Source of the DNA: Curvularia clavata
Taxonomy: Eukaryota
NCBI GenBank assembly: GCA_023920165.1
Contig: CP089279.1
Span: forward strand, 2,790,001-2,854,000
Reading direction: 5' to 3'
DNA length: 64,000 nt
Shown: in pieces, positions 1 to 10,910 of the stretch
How the letters are laid out: the number at the start of each line of letters is the position of its first letter
How positions within the stretch are numbered: position 1 is the first letter of the stretch
Translations under genes and position numbers: made by a program
The notes under the pieces: generated by a model
The model's database searches: none
What the model was told of the DNA's origin: nothing
What the model saw: the letters and a program-made list of their open reading frames with translations, nothing else

Positions 1-1737
1 GGTACCGACACTGTCCCGTATGATGCTTTGTCGTATACTTGGGGCGGCACGGACAAGACTTCTACTGTAATAGTCAATGGGAAGACATTTGATGTTACTG
101 AAAACCTACACTCAGCCCTTCAACATCTTCGCTCGGAAGATATAGACAGAGTACTCTGGGTTGATGCTATTTGTATCGATCAAGACAACGAAAGGGAGCG
201 AGGACATCAAGTTCAACAGATGTGCAAGATCTATTCGCAAGCGGAGGAGGTGATTGTCTGGTTGGGCCAAGCAACGGAGGAAACCGATATCCTTATGGAC
301 TCTCTTCGGCGACTGGAAGAACATGGTTTAATGTATGGGCATAGATACTGGGACCTGGCACAGTGGACCACATCCTGGCTATCAGATCTTCGAGGTCTAG
401 GTTTTGAGCCATACAAAGGCCTAGATCTGATCTTAAGGAGACCGTGGTTTAGAAGAGTCTGGATCTTGCAGGAAATAGCCAATGCGAAGAAAGCAAGTGT
501 TTGGTGTGGCACCAAGTCTGTCAGAGCACATAACTTTGCCCTTGCTCCGTCGCTCATAGGCATCAAACCAGAACGTCATTGTCAAGCTGTCTTGGACATC
601 ATGCCTGGCCGCTTACGAGAAGAGTCCTGGTGGAGCGAGAACAGAGACCTGTACAACCTCTTGCTGAAGTTCAGCGAGAGCGAAGCGAGTGATCCACGCG
701 ACAAAGTCTACGCCTTACTGGGAATATCTTCTGACACTTGGAGCGCTAATAGTCTGCGTCCAGACTATACGAAAGGTCTTCAGGAAGTCATCCGTGATAC
801 TTCTTTGTTCTTATTTGGACCATCAGATGTTTCCTACGAGACAATGCCAGAGCTCTTAGAGGACCTTACCTCTCGAAATGCTACATCTTTCTTAGAGGTT
901 GTAAGAACATCTGATATAAGAGGAGTAGAACATTTCCTGGTGCGGCGAGGACTTGAGGTACCACTGTCAGAGGATATGATCAAATGCGCTGTAGAAAACG
1001 AAAAAAGTGGGATCGATATCTTGCGTCTTTTTCTCCAAAAACGCAGAGGTGAAGTCGAGGTAACAGAAGCAGTGGTCAAAGCCGCCGGAAAAAATGTGAA
1101 AAGCGGGAAGGACATCATAATCCTTCTTCTTCAACAATGCGACAACGAAGTTCAGATGATAAAAAGGTTTATCAACGCGCTCCAGGCGACTTCAGTCGGA
1201 GGCTCCGAGGCGGTAGTGAAACTGCTGCTCGACAAGGACAACGCCAAGGGTAGAATTTTCGCCAGCGCACTTTACGCGGCTGAAGCTGGAGGCCACAAGA
1301 CGGCGGTGAAGCTGCTACTCATCTATAGCGCCGACGCTAACACGAAGAGTGGACTATACAGCGACGCACTCTATAAGGCTTCAGCTAGAGGCCACGAGGC
1401 AGTGGTGAAGCTGCTACTCGACAATGGCGCTGAGGTCAACGCGAAAGATAGATGGTACAGCGACGCACTCTATAAGGCTTCAGCTAGAGGCCACGAGGCA
1501 GTGGTGAAGCTACTGCTCGACAAGGGTGCCGACGCTAACACGAAGGGTGGACTATACGGCAACGCACTCTATGCGGCTTCAGCTAGAGGCCACGGGGCAG
1601 TGGTGAAGCTGCTACTCGACAATGGCGCTGAGGTCGACGCGAAAGATGGATGGTACGGCAACGCACTCCAGGCAGCTTTAGCTGGAGGCCACAAGGCGGT
1701 GGTGACGCTGCTGCGCGACAAAGGTGTCGTCATGTAA
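1..1737 (+). CDS. HET-domain protein with helical repeats and C-terminal ankyrin repeats (5' end outside window)
   Basis: Frame open from base 1. HET motifs YDALSYTWG, LWVDAICIDQ, QVQQMCKIYSQAEEVIVWLG, WFRRVWILQE, ASDPRDKVYALLG. Two 'VTEAVVKAAGKN..GKDII.LLL' repeats, then about 6 ankyrin repeats. Confidence 0.93.
   Translation, partial: GTDTVPYDALSYTWGGTDKTSTVIVNGKTFDVTENLHSALQHLRSEDIDRVLWVDAICIDQDNERERGHQVQQMCKIYSQAEEVIVWLGQATEETDILMDSLRRLEEHGLMYGHRYWDLAQWTTSWLSDLRGLGFEPYKGLDLILRRPWFRRVWILQEIANAKKASVWCGTKSVRAHNFALAPSLIGIKPERHCQAVLDIMPGRLREESWWSENRDLYNLLLKFSESEASDPRDKVYALLGISSDTWSANSLRPDYTKGLQEVIRDTSLFLFGPSDVSYETMPELLEDLTSRNATSFLEVVRTSDIRGVEHFLVRRGLEVPLSEDMIKCAVENEKSGIDILRLFLQKRRGEVEVTEAVVKAAGKNVKSGKDIIILLLQQCDNEVQMIKRFINALQATSVGGSEAVVKLLLDKDNAKGRIFASALYAAEAGGHKTAVKLLLIYSADANTKSGLYSDALYKASARGHEAVVKLLLDNGAEVNAKDRWYSDALYKASARGHEAVVKLLLDKGADANTKGGLYGNALYAASARGHGAVVKLLLDNGAEVDAKDGWYGNALQAALAGGHKAVVTLLRDKGVVM
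1333..1728 (+). repeat. Tandem 99-bp ankyrin-coding repeats arranged as a duplicated 198-bp unit
   Basis: GACGCTAACACGAAG at 1333 and 1531; GCTTCAGCTAGAGGCCACG occurs three times at 99-bp spacing. Confidence 0.95.
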
Positions 1738-1779
1738 TGATAGAGCACGGAAGGTTTCCTAAAGACAAGAACTATTGTG

Positions 1780-2345
1780 ATATATTATGCATACTCCTCC
1801 TTTTAAGATCAGGCGGCTTGTGAAGCTAATTAAGGTTGCGGTTTTGATGCTAGGTGTGTTCATTAACATAAGCTATACGCTGAGGCCTTCCTACCTAGCC
1901 CTATTACTAACTGAATCCGAGCCGGTTTTCAAATCTCCTAGCACGCTTGGTAAACGCGCCATATAGCCACACAGGCATAGGTCTAGCATTAGCAGCGATA
2001 AATTACAGTACGACTAAGATGCTTTAAGCTGAGTGTGCGGGGCCGTCCGTATCTGGTACGTCTAGCAGGCGGACTTGAAATGAGCACAGAAGCACAACGA
2101 TCGCCCAAGCTTAAGCGTAGTGCTCAGAATAGGATACTAATATACTAAGCTATAAGTTAACAGACTTTAAACAATATATATAAGCTTTTGACGCACCTAC
2201 CGCTAGCTTAAGCGATGCAGTTGTGTAACACCTGTACTAAATCGTTGTATTATACGGGAAGTAGAATATATTTCTAAGAGGCATTAGGAGTAAATAGACT
2301 AAATAGCCTAAGACTATTGTCCCGAGAATATTTATTTTTCTAGCA
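1780..2345. mobile_element. AT/TpA-rich RIP-degraded repeat relic, family not identifiable
   Basis: Dense TA/TAG/TAA words and no ORF; composition differs from flanking genes. Confidence 0.45.
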
Positions 2346-2980
2346 TGTTGTTGCGCTTGTTGTGTTGGAGACTGTCTCTGGCGTCCCGCTACGTAGGGTG
2401 TACCGTTACGCGCGGATGGACGTTATATTTCTCCACGGAAACCCAGTTTTTTCCCTCACCGCCTCATTGGCTCGAGCTCCACCTTCCCTACTTCGTATCC
2501 GCGCCACCCCTAGGCTTATCAAAATGACATTGTCGGCCAAGGCTTAACGCCACAGTCTATGGATACATGCTTGTGTGATCTTCAAGCCAGATTGCTGAGT
2601 TTGATGGCGACGGGTGGCTGATCTGGGGAAGTTTGACGCTAGCACTTCGTATATCAGCGAGCGAGCCGATCTGGGGCAGATACAATGGTCGTTCAGTGCA
2701 AAACTGGATGTAGTATCTACTGGCATGGGATGGCAGCACACAAAAACGGCGATTTTTGTTTAGATTTAGATAGCCAGTGGAAGATCGAGGGCCCACACTT
2801 GACCAGGACTGTGTGAGAGATCGGGGAGAGAAAGAAAGGTTGTAGGTTGTATATATAAAGTGGTAGCGCTCATTACGGTTGTGTACTCTACACAAGCAAC
2901 TTCCGCAGATAGACTCAACACCACTGTACCATACTTAAACCTAACACCCAATTACAACGACTACTACTCTTCCTCCAACC

Positions 2981-3632
2981 ATGCTCTTCCTTTCCCTCCT
3001 CACGCTATCCGCCACCGCCCTCGCCGCCCCAGCACCCCAACCCCACGAACCCTCCTCCTTCACCTCCAGAACAAATCCTTAACCCCCCAGCTACGCCGCC
3101 CCCTGGACCTGGCACCTTTCCAGCCGGGAAGCCAGATGCGCACGCAGCGGCTGCATCTACAACATCAACGTCTCTACTTTTCCCGCGAACCAAGGCCCAA
3201 ACGCACTACTACGGTGAATACTACCGCAACGGCTATGAGAACAGGCCCGTAGTACGGACTCGACAATTGCCACTACGCAGGTTTGCTCGAGCATCGGTGG
3301 ACCGAGGTCTCGAGGCTGCGGGCTAGGTTTAGGAAGAGAGAGAGAGAGAGAAGGATATAAGATTTCCCAATGTGATTGAAGATAGTGTGCTGGTGCCGGT
3401 GTATCAGGAGTCCGTGTAGGTAAGTTTTTTCTTTTTTCTTGGGGAGGGGGAGTGTGGGGGTTCCTTTGATGGATGAGTGAAGGGGCGATGGGCTAATAGA
3501 TGATTAGGCACCCGTACAATTTTCACGGCTTATGGAGATGTCAGGTATAATAGGAATATGGCGCCTGTGATTGAGTTTGATGGCTATCGGACCGTGGGGC
3601 GGCAGTTGGAGTACCCTGGGGCGGGCAACTGA
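2981..3632 (+). pseudogene. Disrupted small secreted Cys-containing protein
   Basis: TATATAAA near 2852. Signal peptide MLFLSLLTLSATALA-AP, in-frame TAA after codon 33, reading continues WTWHLSSREARCARSGCIYNINVS, later frameshifts. Intron GTAAGT about 3420 to GCTAAT..TAG about 3507. Confidence 0.55.
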
Positions 3633-4287
3633 GGTCTTGCTGGTAACTACTCTTGCTCTTCCTGCCTCTTACTTCGAGTGGACTTTGCCTAGCTTGGGAT
3701 TCATGGATATACGATAGACTTGATTTATTTGTTTAGCGTACAATGACCAAGGTTGCTTATGCTTGTATTCAGTTGCATGCTGTTGTGTGCTTCATGTGCT
3801 GGTTGTTAGTGACGTTTGTCGCTGCAGTGTTGATGATTTATCCGAAGTCGAGACTTGATATGTAAAGAGAATAGGGAGGGCGACGAAAGAGGGCGACTTG
3901 CTCGTCTTTTGATCAGGATCGAAGTTGCGCTTGAGGCCCAGATCGTCAAGCTAGATTGAGATAGCCTCGCAGAGGTGGAAGTGGATCGCAAGAAAACGAT
4001 ATGCTCGTGATAGAGACTTGGTTCGTCAGATCGTGAAACGAGAGCCAGTAAGAAGAACATCTTTGTTCAGTCAATCTGCGGTTGGGTAGTTGCTTGGCTA
4101 GGCTGATGACTGGTAATATCATTTCCAGAACATTAACCCTGAGCTCACTGCCAACGATAGGGATTCAGACTGGAGAAGAAAAAGAACGTTTGTCACATTA
4201 CTACCACGCTACATGACTATTAAAAGGACCGTATTCTAAGGGAGGGAAGGTTCTGGGCAAACATTGTAATGAAATTCTCATGGCAGA

Positions 4288-6433
4288 TTACTGTGGACCG
4301 TTGGCTGTGTCGTCTGCGTCGCCGGCACCAGCTGCATCGTAGCCATTGTCGCCATTGTCGCCGACGGCATCGCCTCCATCTGCACCGTCGTCTCCATCAT
4401 CTCCATCGTCTCCATATGTTGCACAGAAATCATCATCTTCACCATCTTCATCGGCATCGTCTCCATCAAAATCAGAATACCACTCGACATCCATTTCGCG
4501 GACAGAGTTTGTGCCGCAGTGGACTTCACCATTACCACTGTGGTGCGTGTTCCAGTCATCAATGAAGATTACATCCATACCAAGGCGGCCATACTGCTCC
4601 TTGGCCTTTGCGGCGAGAATGTCAGTGCCGTTGACAAGAGGACCCCACGGGTTGGGCGCAATGTAGGTATCGAAGCCAGACATCACCAAACCATTGACCA
4701 AATTTGGCCACATGGCACCGAATTTAAACGTATCGGAGGAGTTGATGGGTGCATCAACAAGTGCATTAGTGAAGTTGTTAGTCGAGTCATCAGAAAAATT
4801 GCCCGGGAAGGAGCCCAAATCAAAGCGCTTGAACATCGCAGGCAGACGAATGATTTCATCGTCAGTCACGCCAGTGGCTTCCTTCAGGATCCGCAGATTT
4901 TTCTCGATGCGGTCGGCGCAGTACTTCTGGATAGACATCAGGTCCGCATTGGCAAGGATCTCGTTGATCGTGGTAGATTCGACAGGAACTGTTTGGCAGT
5001 CATCGTTGTCGCAAGGGGCTGGCGATGTATCGTTCTTACGAGAATAGACTGGCTGCGAGCCTTGTCCGCTGGCCTTGATGTCCTGCAGCATCTTAACGCC
5101 AGCCGTTGGGTCGTTAACCATAACAACCCAGCCACGTTCCGAGTCGGCGGGGATGAACTGCAGCACTTCGTCAACATGACCAGCCAGCAACCAGTCAGTA
5201 TCGAGAAGAAGCGGGTCCTGTGTTTCCTGAGCCTGAAAGAAGGGTACCAGGAAGTTTCGTTGCTGGCCGTGGTTGCCAATGACCAAACGTCCAGCGGGCC
5301 ACGAAGTACCGTTAAACTCATAAGGAGGAATGGTTTCAATATTACCACCAGAGTTGATCTGGTCGAGTGTGCCGCCGAGCTGCTGGACAGCACCAATGCC
5401 AGTGTCGCGGTAGTACTCGAACAGCTGCCTTCCGGCAACACGTTCATCCTGCGGAGACCTGATCATGATGCGTAGAGAAATAGGTCCACAGGGTCCAGGC
5501 ATGGAAGCAAATCCAGGCTCCATAAAGTCTTGAACCCAGATATCGTCGCTTACGTTGAAGAGGTAGAGATCCTCTTCCAGGCCAGACTCATTGACGGCTT
5601 TCTTGAGTTGCTCATTGAAGCGGACAAGCAGCGGGGAGTCAGTCTCGTTACCTTTGGCACCAAGGACCTGCTCCACAGTGTCGAGATGCGTATGTGTGAG
5701 AACAGGTGCGACGCGGAGCATAACACTGTCTGAAGACGTGCTGTTGGAACTCTTGACATCAAAAGTCACGAGAGCTCGGCCATCCCAGCCTTTGGGACGA
5801 CGAGTATCACGCCCGTCAATGCCGAGGACGAGACCCTCGCGCAGGGCGGCTGCGCTAAAGGTGTAATTGCCGTCCACATACGTCCAAGTGCTGTTCTCGT
5901 TCGCCTGGTAGAAGATTCGCACATTTTTGCGCTGCACTGGGTCCTTCAGGTAGACACGGCCAGAAGCGTCGTTGGGAAGGCCGGTCATGGGCACCGTAAG
6001 CAGCGGAGCAAGGAACTCCTCGTTGCGCAGAACGTTATCGGAGGCATCGTGACAGGCATCAAGCTTCTCATTGCTGACAGCAGGGCCCTTGAGGAGCGCA
6101 TTGGAACAACGTTTGTCTGTATCGCCAATGTTGGGAAGGAAAATGGCACCATAAGTGGCATTCCACGTAGTCTTTCCGTCCAGGTCCGCGGAGCCTTCTA
6201 TGTCAACAAACCCGTCGCGGTCTGTGTCGGCTCGGATATCCGCTTTTAGACTGGTGGGTGAAGGAATTGTGGCGGTGCCCGAGTCACGTGGAACCACCCT
6301 AGCAAGGGCTGAGGGCGCAAGGTCTAGCCTCGAATTAGCATGAATAGCCCTTATGAAACTGCATCTGTAGGGAAAATTCCCGGCTTGGATACATACAGAG
6401 ACCCGAAAGGGCAAGGAGCGCTGGGGTACGCAT
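4288..6433 (-). CDS. Secreted protein-arginine deiminase (PADI family) with acidic Asp/Gly tail
   Basis: Exon 1 6433-6397, intron 6396-6324 (GTATGT..GCTAAT..TAG), giving signal peptide MRTPALLALSGLYLAPSALA-RVVPRD. PAD catalytic motifs DIWVQD, SGGNIETIPP, WLLAGHVDE, GEVHCGTN. Confidence 0.92.
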
Positions 6434-7077
6434 TTTGCGTTCGGTTTGGTGTAAAACCAATTTTTCCTCTCAGGGGCTTCTGTCTGCAAGTGTGTTTGAA
6501 GACTATCTGGAAATGGATTGATGACTAGATAGTAGCTGTGGCTTGAGTCTGTTGAAGTATGACATCCTTATAAATGCAGTCTTCGGTCACAAGAACCAAA
6601 GCGCAATCTCGTTCATCATCTCAAGGTGATTGCGTGTGTTCTGCGCGTATACACTGAACGCGTAGCCAACGGCGTATAGCTACGGTCGCTCGTCCTGCGT
6701 AAAAACAATGTCATCAAATTGGATGGGAACATTTTACGTTCACTCGATTTGGACATCGAGGGTTTGACAAGGGCGGAAGCTGACGCTGCTCGCGAGGATC
6801 ATGGCAACGGCCCGCCGGAGGTTAAAGAAACGACGAGCTGTGATTGGTCCGTACTCCGAGCGTATGGTGAAAGCACCCTGTCTATACGCTCTGGCCAATG
6901 ATAGCTCTGGAAATTGCGCCGGATTAGGCCGACCAACCGGCCCTTAACGTGAGACTGCGCCCCCATTCTACGCCTCCTGGGAAAGCTGCATCTCTCTCGA
7001 GGTTTTCTTATGACTGTGGCTCCTACCAAGTCCTGCGCTGTCTTAGTCAAGATCTTCAACTAGGCCGAGCTCTTACG

Positions 7078-9145
7078 ATGCAGATTCAGAAGCCCAACCA
7101 TCCATTATACGCTGTAGCCAATGACGCCCTCATGGGGTTGCCAGTGCGATCCAAAGCGCCTCGAGTGCGTGCCTTTTCACCAAAAGTTCGCACCGGATGT
7201 ATAACGTGGTATGTTGCTCCCGATCCGTGATAAAGCGTAGTTGTTGCTTGTTCATTCCTCTCTTTTTCTCTGTTCTGGTTGTGCCGTCTGTTGTGTTGTC
7301 GGGTCGAGTTGTCTACCGACTAGCGATACACAAGAGACATCATAACATACCCGAGAGTCAATCTGCGCTCTTTTCTTTTTCGTCCGAGGCATTATGAAAT
7401 TCTTATTAACACTTTGTGACAGCAAGTAAGTGTGCTCTGCTGTTATATGGGGAAGTGTCTACCTTCCTTCACTACACACCGAATACCGTCTTCGTCCTAC
7501 ATATTCTATGTCGTACGCCCCACATCATGTGTGGGGAAGGTGGAGTATCACAAGATGTTTGTATTGGTAGAGACATAGGCTGACATAAGATTTTACGCTT
7601 GACAGAATACGTCGGAAGAAGTGTGACGAAGAGAAGCCAACATGCCGCCGATGCAGGGACAGTCAGGTAAAGTGCGATGGGTATGCACCTGTACCTGTCT
7701 CGCAGAAGAAGACACCCTCGCAGAAGCATGCGGCTGCGAAGAAGAAAGTCATAAAGAGCACTCAAGAAATGGTGCAGCGTGTCGCCAGCCAGTCACAACC
7801 GCGCTTCATCATCCAAGGCAATCGGCTCAACTTCGACGTTGATGGTGGCGTCTACGACCGGATGTTCTTCCATCACTTCCGTGCCATCACTATGGTTGAC
7901 TTTGTTCGTATCTCCAATCCCCAGGACTTTTGGTCCCAGAGGGTGCTTCCAATGTGTCACGAAGAGCCTGCCGTACGGAATGCAGTCGTTGCACTTGGCG
8001 CAGCCCACTATGTCTATCTCCAAAAGCTCCAGGACTCTTGTTTAGGAGGCACCGACACATCCATATCCCACTACGAGTGTGTTGCAACACAATATTATAA
8101 CAAAGCCATCGGAGAGTTGGTCAAACTCAACGGCGGCGGCGACTCAACAATATGGGATGCTCAACTCAAGACTCTGATTTGTTGCCTCCTCTTTGTCTGT
8201 CTGGAGAACGTCCTTGGCCGCTTCGATGAAGGAATTCGTCACATGCAAGCTGGCGCCCGCGTCTTCAAAACTTCCGACTTGACGACTGCCCCACAGAATC
8301 TACAGCGAGTCATGCGAGAGATTGCAACCGTCTTACTCCATTTTTGCGTCGATGTATCCTATCTTGATGACGACTTTGATGCTCCGAATTTGATACCACA
8401 CGCCCTCCCTCTAGCAGAGATTGATGACGAGCTACGACCATTCTCGAGCCTCGAAGAAGCCAAAGAAGCCATATGGGTTCTGGATGTCAAGATGGCTTAC
8501 CTGGACTGTGACGAAAACGATCCAAACGCGTCGCTCATTAAAGATTGCGGCATGCCCGACATGAGCTCTCTCATTGAGCCATTTGAACGCTGGAAGACAA
8601 GATTCAATCTGCTCATTTCCTCCCAGATCGACTCTCCAGATGTACCGCTTGACGTCCAGCTGGAGACGTTGAACCTGATAGTTCGCCGCTGCTCGTGGGA
8701 CATATTACTAATACCGGACGGCCCAGATCAGGACGAGGAACTAGCGAGACTCAATCGCGAACTGGTTGATACGGCGGAGCTTTTGTACAGCATCGAGAAA
8801 TCCTCCTTGGGCCGACCCATGTTCACACTGGAGGGCGACAGTATTCCCGCCCTCTTCTTTGTTGGCTTGATGTGTGAGGATCCTGTCTTGATCGAGCGCG
8901 TCACCAAACTCTTGCGTGACTCTGGGAGACGCGAAGGTCCTTGGGACGGCCGGGAAGCGGCGGCGAGACTGATAGCCGAATTGGAGAACCCCAGTCCTTG
9001 CCCGTCAAAGATGCCGCCCGTTACCACTCCAGAGCTCATTTTAGATGGAACCCCAGAATTTGCCCTGGACTCTACGCCAGAATTAAGCCCGGAACCCATA
9101 CCGGATTTCTTTTCATATCCAGTTTTGAAGACAGAGATAGTTTGA
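7078..9145 (+). CDS. Zn(II)2Cys6 transcription factor with fungal-specific TF domain
   Basis: Exons 7078-7208, 7423-7425, 7606-9145 give KVRTGCITCKIRRKKCDEEKPTCRRCRDSQVKCDGY, in frame with the 7769 ORF (FWSQRVLPMCHEEPAVRNAVVALGAAH; RREGPWD). Start could be 7132. Confidence 0.88.
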
Positions 9146-9551
9146 TAATGCCATTCTTGTTGTCTTTTCAATCATCATCTCATGCTGGGCGACGACCCTT
9201 ACTTCTTTTGACTGATTGTGCTGGTTTTCCGCGTCAAACACTGTAGGTAATTCGGAAAAACGTCCGGGATTTATGTTAACCCCGCATTTGTCGATCATTT
9301 ATTCCGCGATCGACATGCACCGAATGTAACTATCAGGAGCTAGGCAAACCTTGGATTGTAAGCATTCAGTTGGCAAATGAATGCTTGGTCAACATTCCTA
9401 GCTTCCGATTTATCTCGTGGGAGCCATTACTACATTAGTCTTGACTAGATGTAGTGGCAAGACATTCATCACTGTCATGGAAAAAGATAAATACAAGTTT
9501 GAGAGAATTTCCCTGCTGTGGTGACAAATCATCATAATCTTAACTTTCAAC

Positions 9552-10910
9552 ATGGCGACACTACAACTTGCGTCTTGGGCTACCAACTTGACATACTCCA
9601 ACCTCAGCAATGGTGTGCTCGCGGCTGCCAACAAATCTTTCTTCAACTGGGCTGGTTGTGCAATCGGCGGTTTCCCCTTCCAGGCCGCACCGCAGATTGC
9701 ACTGAATACTACACTTTCTCAATTTTCTGGACCGCCAATCTCCTCAATTCTAGGCGCAAACAACTCTATATCGCGAGGTTTTGGGGACGCTCAAACCGCC
9801 GCTCTTATCAACGGTATTGCTAGTCACGTCGATGACTATGACGATACACACCTGGAGACTATTATCCATCCTGCTGGACCTGTTGCTAGCGCTCTTCTAG
9901 CCATAGCAGAAGCATATGGCCCTGTCAATGGCCATGACTTCATAACTGCGTTTGTGGCAGGTATAGAGGCAGAATGCAAGTTGGGATTGTCAGTCACGCC
10001 AGAACACTACGATGTTGGCTGGCACATTACTTCAACCACTGGGTCCGTTGGCGCAGCAGTTGGTGTAGGCAAGCTTCTCGGACTAAACACGACGCACATG
10101 CAGAACGCGATCGGTATTGCTGCTACCCAGGTTGTGGGCATGCAGGTATACTTTGGCTCGGACACCAAATCCTTTCATGTTGGCCGTGCTGCGCAGGGAG
10201 GTATGTTGGCGGCATTGCTAGCAAGAAACGGATACACCTCATCTCCTGAAGCCTTGGAAGCCAAATATGGCTGGCTCCATGTAGTGAGCACACGAGAGAA
10301 CGCAACAGCATACTTTGACCAACTCGGAAAGATTTGGGAAATCGAGAAAAACACTTTTAAGCCCTATCCTTGTGGAATCGTCATGCATCCAACCATTGAC
10401 GCTGCCATACATCTTCGAAACGAGACACTATCACGCGGCCTTTCAATCGAAGACATCAAGGCTGTACAATTGCGTGTCAACCCCGAAGTTCTCATCCTGA
10501 CCGGCAAAAAAGCCCCCCAAACTGGGCTTGAGGGCAAATTCAGCATCTACCACGCTGCTGCAGTAGGTCTACTCTACGGAGAGGCAACACCTAGTCAGTT
10601 CACCGACAGTGTCATCAAAAATTCGACTGTTGTGGATATGCGTAAGAAGGTTAACGCTACGGAAGACGAGGGGGTCTCCCGCGCAGAAGCATATGTTACG
10701 CTGACGTTCAACAATGGCACGAAGCTAGAGCGGCATGTAGAGCATGCTAAGGGCAGTATCCAGAACCCTCTTACCGACGAAGAGTTGAGGGAAAAGTTTA
10801 TGGGTCAGGTGAGCTTGGCTATTGGATCTGATCGCGCAGCGAATGCGTATGCGGCATTCTCGAATGTACAGCAGATGCGTGATGTGGCGGTGATACGGCG
10901 CATGTATTAG
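9552..10910 (+). CDS. MmgE/PrpD-family protein (2-methylcitrate dehydratase / cis-aconitate decarboxylase-like)
   Basis: INGIASHVDDYDDTH, IIHP, GWHITSTTG, TKSFHVGRAAQGG, FKPYPCG, GKFSIYH motifs; single exon. Confidence 0.92.
   Translation: MATLQLASWATNLTYSNLSNGVLAAANKSFFNWAGCAIGGFPFQAAPQIALNTTLSQFSGPPISSILGANNSISRGFGDAQTAALINGIASHVDDYDDTHLETIIHPAGPVASALLAIAEAYGPVNGHDFITAFVAGIEAECKLGLSVTPEHYDVGWHITSTTGSVGAAVGVGKLLGLNTTHMQNAIGIAATQVVGMQVYFGSDTKSFHVGRAAQGGMLAALLARNGYTSSPEALEAKYGWLHVVSTRENATAYFDQLGKIWEIEKNTFKPYPCGIVMHPTIDAAIHLRNETLSRGLSIEDIKAVQLRVNPEVLILTGKKAPQTGLEGKFSIYHAAAVGLLYGEATPSQFTDSVIKNSTVVDMRKKVNATEDEGVSRAEAYVTLTFNNGTKLERHVEHAKGSIQNPLTDEELREKFMGQVSLAIGSDRAANAYAAFSNVQQMRDVAVIRRMY

Noticed and set aside
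1333..1728. Regularly spaced repeats as a CRISPR-like array
   Set aside because: They are in-frame ankyrin coding units with no unique spacers, in a eukaryotic context.
3334..3351. (GA)n microsatellite
   Set aside because: Ordinary short simple repeat.
4269..5475. His-rich and other long ORFs overlapping the PAD on the + strand
   Set aside because: Antisense shadows of the PAD coding sequence and its repetitive tail.
6434..6489. ORF-track N-terminus of the PAD (MQTEAPERK..)
   Set aside because: It reads through an intron; the spliced model from 6433 gives a proper signal peptide.
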